Source: a virus
Lineage: Duplodnaviria; Caudoviricetes
IMG/VR virus record: IMGVR_UViG_3300043173_000413
Span: 1-49,637 of that record
Direction: 5' to 3' (one strand)
DNA length: 49,637 nt
Shown: positions 38,240-45,482 of the stretch, in pieces
Numbering within the stretch: position 1 is the stretch's first letter
Layout: each line of letters opens with the position of its first letter
Made by a program: the position numbers and the translations under genes
Notes under the pieces: model-generated
Database searches by the model: none
What the model was told of the DNA's origin: nothing
Seen by the model: the letters and a program-made list of their open reading frames with translations, nothing else

Positions 38240-39161
38240 TCGTCACAACCCCCACCAAAAAATTCTCCCAGAATTCAGCATTCACTTTATCGGGGAGTGT
38301 GCTTTTTACGGACAAATCTTCAACCTCGTCCATTAAATTCTCAAGGGTCGGGGCGGCATCGGTTAGATAATCAACCTTGCCACATTTAACAGCTGTAAGA
38401 TATTCACAATCTTTCAGTGGGAAGGTGATGGTGTTGTCGATCAATATTTCTCTGACTTGATATGCGGCCCGCAAAGCATGAGAAACAGCTTTCCAGTCGA
38501 TACCCTTGTTCTGCTCGGCCAGCTTTGCGCGGGCTCCATAGCCCTCTATGAATTTATTCAAAATTCCTGTGGCATAGAAAACGGTTATTGTTGACTGAAG
38601 GGTCCTTCCGCATACCTGATATTGCTTGACCAGCCCGGCGTCAGGCAGGTTGTGAAGGTGTTCACCCGCAGGGAGATCTGCCCACAATTTAGCAAGTCGA
38701 GTTTCTGGCGAGTATCCGTCAAGGACCTTGACAACGGCTTTTGCGGCATGGAGCCTACTTCCTCGAATTCCATATTTCGAAGCCTGACGTCTTGCGTATC
38801 CGATAAAAGATTTCAGATTCTTGGTATAGAATAGCTCCCGGTTGGCAACGATAGAATCCCAAACCGGAGAACCGGAGAGAATGAATTCGGATGGAGCGTG
38901 GAGCATATCAAATGCAACTGTTTGCCCCTCAATTGCGAGTTTCATGAAATGATGCAGGCTAAACAATTCAGTATCAACATCGTCTGCTCCGTTTTTCGAA
39001 AAATGATCCCCCGTGGAATGATTGATACTTTTCGGGATATTGCCGAGAATAATATCCCGTCTGCTCGGGAGGAAAACCCCCTTGAAGTCGCGATCAGAAT
39101 CCGGTGTACTTGTCCCATAAAGATGCGAACCGAATAGTATCTTCACAACGGTTGTTTTCAT
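38226..39161 (-). CDS. Pol-beta superfamily nucleotidyltransferase (T4 NrdC.11/RlaP-like)
   Basis: GSHLYG..TPDSDRDFKGVF, GYA..QA.KY, DWKA.SHA.R, LP motifs; AAGGAGG RBS. Confidence 0.85.
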   Translation of the reverse strand: MKTTVVKILFGSHLYGTSTPDSDRDFKGVFLPSRRDIILGNIPKSINHSTGDHFSKNGADDVDTELFSLHHFMKLAIEGQTVAFDMLHAPSEFILSGSPVWDSIVANRELFYTKNLKSFIGYARRQASKYGIRGSRLHAAKAVVKVLDGYSPETRLAKLWADLPAGEHLHNLPDAGLVKQYQVCGRTLQSTITVFYATGILNKFIEGYGARAKLAEQNKGIDWKAVSHALRAAYQVREILIDNTITFPLKDCEYLTAVKCGKVDYLTDAAPTLENLMDEVEDLSVKSTLPDKVNAEFWENFLVGVVTNEVL

Positions 39162-39324
39162 TTATTAAACCTCCTTTAATGTGGGTATATGCTCCCTTGA
39201 TAACCATACACGGCAAGTCGAGCCGTTGACGGACCGCTCAACTTACCTAATACGGGTTATCATCCCAATGACGCGCCGCTTAATTTGTGGAACTTATCAC
39301 CCCCTTATGTTGTACAGTTAAAAT

Positions 39325-39627
39325 TTACAACTTCACCTCTTTATACTTTTCACCGACCGCTGAAATAGACGCCCATTCAGAATTACTAAAAGCCACCTTT
39401 TTTCCGTTTGAAAATTCAAAAACAATTAAAATGTTACTCCAATCAAGATCACCGACACGGGAAACGGTTATCGCTTCGGAAGATTCATATATCGCTTCAA
39501 TGGCTGCTGACCGTCCTAATATAAGGTCATCAGCTACCCAGGCGTTAACCACCACATCACCGAAAATGGTTTTGGCGTATTTTAAAAGCTTGTCGCTTTG
39601 TATCATGATGTATCCGTCGTTACTCAT
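39325..39627 (-). CDS. Hypothetical protein
   Basis: Translationally coupled ORF in the - strand cluster. Confidence 0.65.
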   Translation of the reverse strand: MSNDGYIMIQSDKLLKYAKTIFGDVVVNAWVADDLILGRSAAIEAIYESSEAITVSRVGDLDWSNILIVFEFSNGKKVAFSNSEWASISAVGEKYKEVKL

Positions 39628-40088
39628 TATATCAGCTCCCCTTTCAGTGCGCTTTCTTTCATGCAGTTAAAGCAAATCGGTTCACATATTATATCGCGGC
39701 TTCCGTCAACTTCACCCTTTGAATTAAGGGAAACAATGCTGAACTTACGGAATGTTTCCGTTGAATCACAGAACCGGCATTTTTCATGCTTTTCACTTGA
39801 CGCTTCCCATTCTTGTTCTTTAGACGCTTTAGGATGATAAATCTGTTCGTTCTCTTCGTCGAGCAAGTCTTTCAAATCGTTTAAGCATTGGTAGTATTCT
39901 TTAGCCCCTACAATTGCTGCGTTATCTCCAAGAGTTTTGATCGTCTCTTCACTTATCAGTTTAAACACTTTAGGCTGAAAACTTTCCCCATTCCTTTTAC
40001 AGTATTCGCGATAACCTTCGCTAAGTTTGCAATAACCGTCATCCCATAATTTACATTTTTCTTCCTTGCAACCATTCCAGTCATACAT
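39627..40088 (-). CDS. Hypothetical Cys-rich protein
   Basis: AAGGA RBS; two Cys clusters. Confidence 0.65.
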   Translation of the reverse strand: MYDWNGCKEEKCKLWDDGYCKLSEGYREYCKRNGESFQPKVFKLISEETIKTLGDNAAIVGAKEYYQCLNDLKDLLDEENEQIYHPKASKEQEWEASSEKHEKCRFCDSTETFRKFSIVSLNSKGEVDGSRDIICEPICFNCMKESALKGELI

Positions 40089-40127
40089 TATCTCAATTCC
40101 TTTTTAATATAGAAAAAATTTACATTA

Positions 40128-40406
40128 TCATCTCTCTAAATTCTGTTTCCGCCATTCCATCACAAATACCTCTGTTGATCCCCACAAATGCTCATCCGGC
40201 ACAATTATCGGTTTCCCTTCGCAGTCATAAACTATACCGGATTCACCCTGAATTTTGAAAAGTTTCACGTTTCCTCCCAAGAAAATACCTTGCCTTGCAT
40301 CCAGTTTAGTGCCGATTTGATTTGCTGTTATAAGTGTTCCGATGGGTATCATCAATCCCTTTTCTTCCTTGCAAGCATTCCATTTATCCGTTTTGATCGT
40401 GTTCAT
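40128..40406 (-). CDS. Hypothetical protein
   Basis: AGGGAG RBS. Confidence 0.65.
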   Translation of the reverse strand: MNTIKTDKWNACKEEKGLMIPIGTLITANQIGTKLDARQGIFLGGNVKLFKIQGESGIVYDCEGKPIIVPDEHLWGSTEVFVMEWRKQNLER

Positions 40407-40577
40407 TAAGATCTCCCTTATCGGTTGATGTTATAGTTTTAGCGAAAGATACAGGCAACTCAATCGTCGCCTGTATCTTTCTAAAAAACCATAACGGTAA
40501 ACGAGGTTGGTTAAAAAGCCGGGTTATCATGCCAAGGCTATATTACCTCGTTAATATTTCATAAGCGGCCCTCCTTT

Positions 40578-40850
40578 TTAGTATGGAAGAAATTTACTTT
40601 GGATACTTCCATAAGCGCAGTAAGCGATTGAAACTTTGCAGTTTTTACATATGATTTCCGCTTCGCATACGATGCCACTTATTGTATCTATGGTAACGCT
40701 TTCGAATTCAGTTGAAAAGCAAGCATCACACTTCAATGGCAAACCTTCTTTAGTTATGAAACCACTATCGACCGCTTCCGAATATGTCTTAAGCGCTACG
40801 CTCCAACACCTGTCAGGGTCTAACATTTCAAAAGCTAATCTGCTGCCCAT
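40578..40850 (-). CDS. Hypothetical Zn-ribbon protein
   Basis: AAGGAGG RBS; CxxC..CxxC. Confidence 0.7.
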   Translation of the reverse strand: MGSRLAFEMLDPDRCWSVALKTYSEAVDSGFITKEGLPLKCDACFSTEFESVTIDTISGIVCEAEIICKNCKVSIAYCAYGSIQSKFLPY

Positions 40851-41069
40851 TAGTTACGCCTCCTTTTAATGTATCTCGACAAATTCTTCAGCCGGCTCCA
40901 ATTTAGTTTCAAAAATCTCAACAGTACATCCAGATAAAAAACCACTTTCAACTCGCATACCACCAGGTAATAGCCGTAAAATCTTGATGAGATCTTCAAC
41001 GGTCTTAACAACTAAGCCGCGTTCGTAAAGTTCAGCAGGAATCATTAGTTATATACCTCCGAACTTTAA

Positions 41070-41453
41070 TTATCTTTCGATATTACATGGGTTCCTTGGA
41101 ACCGACTCCACAAAGTGATCCCCGCAATTTTCGCACGGAAAATAAACATACTTTTCACCCCATGCTATAAACCGCCAGCTTTCCCAACTGTCCACTTTAT
41201 GACCAGGATTAATTATTTGGCTGATCTGCATCACGTCAATATCATCCCCGTTGTCATCAAAGGATTCTTTGAGACGCGCCATCCATTGCGCAGGTATTAT
41301 TGAAGCCGGATCTGGCGCCCCAGGCCCACGCTCATACGAGGGGCAACCTTGACCTTTCTTACCATAGCTACTGCAAGAGACATACGCGCAATTCGCGCAA
41401 CTTTCCCCGGCAAATCTAACCGTTTTAGTCTGGCCTTCACAGTTACTTCCCAT
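41070..41453 (-). CDS. Hypothetical protein
   Basis: AGGAGG RBS; F.AWGEKYVYFP...V.SVPRNP motif. Confidence 0.7.
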   Translation of the reverse strand: MGSNCEGQTKTVRFAGESCANCAYVSCSSYGKKGQGCPSYERGPGAPDPASIIPAQWMARLKESFDDNGDDIDVMQISQIINPGHKVDSWESWRFIAWGEKYVYFPCENCGDHFVESVPRNPCNIER

Positions 41454-41635
41454 CAGTTACGCCTCCTGGTTCTCCATGAAAAGTTGCGGCTTCTCCGGTA
41501 AGGTTGCCATCCTTTAGGTTCGGGATCACGGCATTCTTCTTTTCTAAGCATCAAACCATTACACTTTTTATCGCGACATCCTTCAAACTTAGACCCTTCC
41601 TTAGCGCACTTTGTGCATTTGTATTTCATCATCAC
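41453..41635 (-). CDS. Small Zn-ribbon protein
   Basis: First ORF after a promoter cassette; CxxC...CxxxxC. Confidence 0.6.
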   Translation of the reverse strand: MMMKYKCTKCAKEGSKFEGCRDKKCNGLMLRKEECRDPEPKGWQPYRRSRNFSWRTRRRN

Positions 41636-41707
41636 CCCTTTTCGTTTCGGTTATGTTAAACACAACTTACATCGGATAGCTTTATTTGTCAACAAGTTTA
41701 TCAATAT
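41636..41707 (-). promoter_or_regulatory. Tandem TTGA(T/C)AAA promoter cassette
   Basis: The - strand reads ATATTGATAAACTTGTTGACAAATAAAG...TAAGTT...TTTAACA...ACGAAAAGGGG. Confidence 0.7.
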
Positions 41708-42024
41708 CGTATAGTATGCCCACATTTACCATTATTAAAATCGAGAGGATAAACAACTTTATTAAAGCCGGTATGGGTAACTTTAAGCGCTATATCAAGT
41801 AAATCGTTAATTTTATTAATCTCATCCTCTAAAACTTCAAACGTCCGCTCATATTCAGCAAGCTGTTTTTTAAGATCTTTAATCTCAAGACTCAAAATGG
41901 TTATGCTATCCATTATGTAATTATCCTTTATCTTACAAGCCCCATACCCATCATCCACAGAGTCGTTGTTATTATGGACAAGGTCGTTGTTATTATCAGT
42001 GTCGCAGTCGTATTGTGTGTCCAT
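41701..42024 (-). CDS. Hypothetical protein with coiled coil
   Basis: ORF in the - strand cluster. Confidence 0.5.
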   Translation of the reverse strand: MDTQYDCDTDNNNDLVHNNNDSVDDGYGACKIKDNYIMDSITILSLEIKDLKKQLAEYERTFEVLEDEINKINDLLDIALKVTHTGFNKVVYPLDFNNGKCGHTIRY

Positions 42025-42137
42025 CCGTTATTTCTGAGATCAACAGGATTTGTTATCAACATGTACCACGACGTTGCACTTATCAAGACTCCCACGACTG
42101 GCGATATCAACACAAGAAAGTTAAGCATGTTTCTCAC
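41928..42137 (-). CDS. Small membrane protein
   Basis: GGGGAG RBS; two hydrophobic segments. Confidence 0.5.
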   Translation of the reverse strand: MRNMLNFLVLISPVVGVLISATSWYMLITNPVDLRNNGWTHNTTATLIITTTLSIITTTLWMMGMGLVR

Positions 42138-42295
42138 TCCCCATTATCTAATCATCCCTATTATAGCGTCGTTAAACTCATCAAGCAAATCTTCGAATCC
42201 TTTTGACCTTTTGTCTAAAGTTTCGATTAAATCGCGCAATGTTTTTTCAAGATTAAAAATTCGCTTTTCAATATTTTTAATCTGATCATCATCCA

Positions 42296-42847
42296 TTATT
42301 TAACCCTCCCGACTTCACATCGACCATCGTTATGAATTGTCATTATGAACTTTCGATTGAGAGATTTACCGAAACGACTACATAAAACTGTAACGCTTCT
42401 TTTATTAAGGATTTCTGCCGGAATTATAAATGATTCGCCCACATTTAACTTTGTGAAAGGATATTTTGTTTTAGGCGCCTTATCCACGGCCTTATTCATT
42501 TCAATTAACGCTTCCGGTGAACACGGCCCGCACTGGTACATTTCCCCAACGTCAACATCCTCTTCAAGACCATCTGATATCATCCCTATTTCGTAAAGTC
42601 CTGGTGTCGTTTTGCTATGGTTAACAATAATATATGCCCCAGGCCCTTTGCGGTTCTGATAGGCGAGCGCATTATTCAACGAAACAACTTCAGGGCCAGT
42701 CGATGCGATGATACCGAAAGAGTATCCTACAGTTAACTTTTTAAAAGGATACTTCGAAGAGAGTTTACCTTCAGTCGCTTTTTCCCCTTTCATTTTCATA
42801 TCATCACTACTCGGCAAAACTTGCACATCATTATTGATTAAATTCAC
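42296..42847 (-). CDS. Protein with two tandem KYPF domains
   Basis: KYPFKKLTVGYSF and KYPFTKLNVGESF..VGRV. Confidence 0.75.
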   Translation of the reverse strand: MNLINNDVQVLPSSDDMKMKGEKATEGKLSSKYPFKKLTVGYSFGIIASTGPEVVSLNNALAYQNRKGPGAYIIVNHSKTTPGLYEIGMISDGLEEDVDVGEMYQCGPCSPEALIEMNKAVDKAPKTKYPFTKLNVGESFIIPAEILNKRSVTVLCSRFGKSLNRKFIMTIHNDGRCEVGRVK

Positions 42848-42864
42848 ATCATCACCCTTTTGCG

Positions 42865-43255
42865 TATTATTGAATTGATCAATTCACAACTAATCTCTAA
42901 GATATAATTAGTTGATCAATCACAAAATGTCAATTGATTTTAATGAATTAATTAATTCATTAGCCGAACAACATACCGGAGTGAGTTTGGAGTGAGTGTA
43001 AGTTGTTTATATCTATATATATATGTTAGTATGTTATTATATGTTATATATACAGAGAATAGTCTTTTTTAATGAATTGATCAATTCATTAGTTTTATCA
43101 ATTCATTAGTTTGTGTGTTTCTCTCTATATTAACATACCAACATTTTTCTCTCTAACCTATTGAATTTATTACAAATAATCGGTATGATTAGCAACATAC
43201 AAACATCATACTTTTCATAAGTGCTTGAAATCATTCACTTTTGTATAACATACAA
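42865..43255. other. AT-rich non-coding region with palindromes and short repeats; candidate replication origin or regulatory hub
   Basis: Perfect palindromes at 42871-42886, 42941-42962 and 43070-43091; AACATAC repeats in both orientations; TA tracts. Confidence 0.55.
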
Positions 43256-43280
43256 AAAAGGCGGCTTAATTGCCGCCTTT
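43254..43280 (-). terminator. Intrinsic terminator
   Basis: AAAGGCGGC-TTAATT-GCCGCCTTT with an A tract on the + strand (T tract on -). Confidence 0.8.
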
Positions 43281-43297
43281 CAAATCACTATCGTCAA

Positions 43298-43549
43298 TTA
43301 TGTCACTTCTTGTTGTGTAACTGTTATGGGTTCAATTGACACATAACTCTCCGATCCGCGACATTTCCAAGCACAAAGAAATAACCCGTCGTCGGTTTTG
43401 TAAACGAAAGGATTAAAAGTTTCCCCGTCCCCGTGTATGTTTAACATACCCTGTTCGCACCGTATAAGTTCGTCTTCGATCGCCAAACGCAGTTCTGTAA
43501 TTCGTTGAAGTTCTTTGTTCAGTTCAATCAATCGGTCAATGTGTTTCAT
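43298..43549 (-). CDS. Hypothetical protein
   Basis: AAGGAG RBS. Confidence 0.7.
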   Translation of the reverse strand: MKHIDRLIELNKELQRITELRLAIEDELIRCEQGMLNIHGDGETFNPFVYKTDDGLFLCAWKCRGSESYVSIEPITVTQQEVT

Positions 43550-43600
43550 TTGTTGAGTCTCCTTTAATTATTTAATCATTTCATATGACGTTTACGATTA

Positions 43601-43825
43601 TTATCGCGCAACCCTACCCCTTAACGTAATAGCCCTTTCAAGCGCCCATGCCGCGAACTCAAGCCGCTCATCACTGTAATCCGGTTTCTCGCTTTCAATA
43701 ACTGCCTTCCAACATTCTTCAACCGCCTGTTTAATTCCCGTGCTCTTTGAGCATATGTTGAAACCTTGAATCGCTACAGCCAACTGCATTGGATTAAAAC
43801 CGTACATTCCTATAATCCGTTTCAT
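43601..43825 (-). CDS. Hypothetical protein, paralog of 43859-44104
   Basis: Shared GMYGF, GI.QA...W.A.IE.E.P and AW.LERAITL. Confidence 0.75.
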   Translation of the reverse strand: MKRIIGMYGFNPMQLAVAIQGFNICSKSTGIKQAVEECWKAVIESEKPDYSDERLEFAAWALERAITLRGRVAR

Positions 43826-43858
43826 TTGTTGAGCCTCCTTTAATTATTCAAATCGTTA

Positions 43859-44104
43859 TTATATAACGATTTGTGATTTCTTTCCTAATGTTATGGCCCT
43901 TTCAAGCTTCCACGCTGTAAGTTCAGCATATCTTACATTGAATTTAGGATCTTCTCTTTCGATAGCGGCGCGCCAATAATTTTTGATAGCCTGTTCGATT
44001 CCCACGGCGGACAAATGAAGATTGAAACGATAAATCATATACTTGCAAATATCTTCACCGAATTCACCAAATCCATACATCCCTTTAATTTTATACGTTT
44101 TCAT
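43859..44104 (-). CDS. Hypothetical protein, paralog of 43601-43825
   Basis: Same shared motifs. Confidence 0.75.
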   Translation of the reverse strand: MKTYKIKGMYGFGEFGEDICKYMIYRFNLHLSAVGIEQAIKNYWRAAIEREDPKFNVRYAELTAWKLERAITLGKKSQIVI

Positions 44105-44134
44105 AATTTTCCAGTCCTTTTCAATGTGGGCAAA

Positions 44135-44464
44135 TTATTCGCTTAAACCTAACGCTCGCCTATGATCATCGTAAAGAATGTAATTACCGATGAACGAAAA
44201 GTTACGGCAAAAGTTACAATCCATTTTAAACAGATCATCTTTCGTTTCGATGTTATGTGAATGTATCACCTTGACGACCGACTGAGCAACTTTCAATTCA
44301 ACTGTTAAAAAATGTGTTCCGTCATTTAGATATAATTCAGCATCGTTCCCGGTCAACACAACATAAGCGCTTTTTACTTTGCCGACGTTACGGCTGAAAT
44401 CATGATCAACTGTAGCCTTCTTACTTTCAAGTCTATACATATCTTCATTTCCTGGACTCATCAT
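44135..44464 (-). CDS. Hypothetical protein
   Basis: AAGGAG RBS. Confidence 0.65.
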   Translation of the reverse strand: MMSPGNEDMYRLESKKATVDHDFSRNVGKVKSAYVVLTGNDAELYLNDGTHFLTVELKVAQSVVKVIHSHNIETKDDLFKMDCNFCRNFSFIGNYILYDDHRRALGLSE

Positions 44465-44512
44465 ATTTCAACTCCTTGCCCCGGTTTCCCAGGGTAGTCT
44501 TTATATTTACCG

Positions 44513-44782
44513 CTAAGCGTCAACGCTTGCGTCTTTGTTTATGATAAAATTGCCGTCTAAATCCTGGGTTATCACCTCAACGTGACCTTGGCGCGCTCCA
44601 AAAAAATCCCCACATTCACATCCGAATGGATGAGGACATAAGCGGAGTTTGCATGCCCTTGCGGATTTGAAGGTCACACCATACATCCCCTGATACTCTC
44701 CATCCTTGATTAATGTCGGCATGATTGACGTTTTAGTGCCATGTAAATCATTGGCCAATTTGATTTTAATCCGTTTTCCCAT
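44513..44782 (-). CDS. Hypothetical protein
   Basis: AAGGAG RBS; LC....CECG. Confidence 0.65.
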   Translation of the reverse strand: MGKRIKIKLANDLHGTKTSIMPTLIKDGEYQGMYGVTFKSARACKLRLCPHPFGCECGDFFGARQGHVEVITQDLDGNFIINKDASVDA

Positions 44783-44834
44783 TTCGATCTCCTTTCATGC
44801 CGCCCGACGGAGCATGGTTTATTTTGTTGTGGTA

Positions 44835-45092
44835 TTAAACAAGCTCGATATATTCGGCAGCAACCCAAATGTTGCGGCCGTCGTCGTTGGTTATCAAATA
44901 ATGATTTTCAAAAGAATAACGTCCATTGACCGCTTTAATGTCAAGGATTTGATACTCTTTTTTATTAGTGAGCTTCCGGCGCCAAACATAATCACCGACA
45001 ACTTTTAAAACAAGCTCGATGTTCATTGCTTCCGTCATTGTAAGTGCTGTATCGATATCGATATCGATAATTTTAAAAGTTTCAGTTTTCAT
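44835..45092 (-). CDS. Hypothetical protein
   Basis: AAGGTG RBS. Confidence 0.65.
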   Translation of the reverse strand: MKTETFKIIDIDIDTALTMTEAMNIELVLKVVGDYVWRRKLTNKKEYQILDIKAVNGRYSFENHYLITNDDGRNIWVAAEYIELV

Positions 45093-45138
45093 TTTTCACC
45101 TTATGTTTAAAGCCGCCAGGAAGCGGCTCGCTGGTTAA

Positions 45139-45360
45139 TTAGAAGCCGTAACGGGTATCGAAGTTTTCGCCGTCAATAATGAGCATTCTTTCGCCGGAAG
45201 CGTAAATAAACTCGTCGTGGTCGTGAATAACGTCAACTACATCGTTATCACAAAGATCTTCAACCGACATCCCTTCGGGGTAATCACATCGAAATTCGTC
45301 AATGTTAGTTTGATTGGATGTAAATTCGTCAATGAAATTTTCTGCTATAATCTTTTTCAT
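45139..45360 (-). CDS. Small acidic hypothetical protein
   Basis: First ORF after a promoter cassette; start reassigned to MKKIIAE; very Asp/Glu-rich. Confidence 0.65.
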   Translation of the reverse strand: MKKIIAENFIDEFTSNQTNIDEFRCDYPEGMSVEDLCDNDVVDVIHDHDEFIYASGERMLIIDGENFDTRYGF

Positions 45361-45437
45361 TTTGTTTTCCCTTTTCGTTAGTGTTAAATACAACTTAACT
45401 CTTTTTAATTAGTTTGTCAACAAGTTTGTCAATATTG
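45361..45437 (-). promoter_or_regulatory. Tandem-TTGACA promoter cassette
   Basis: The - strand reads AATATTGACAAACTTGTTGACAAACTAATTAAA...TAAGTT...TTTAACACTAACGAAAAGGGA. Confidence 0.72.
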
Positions 45438-45482
45438 TTAAACAAAAATTAAGGTGACGGTAAGTCACCTTATAATAAAACG

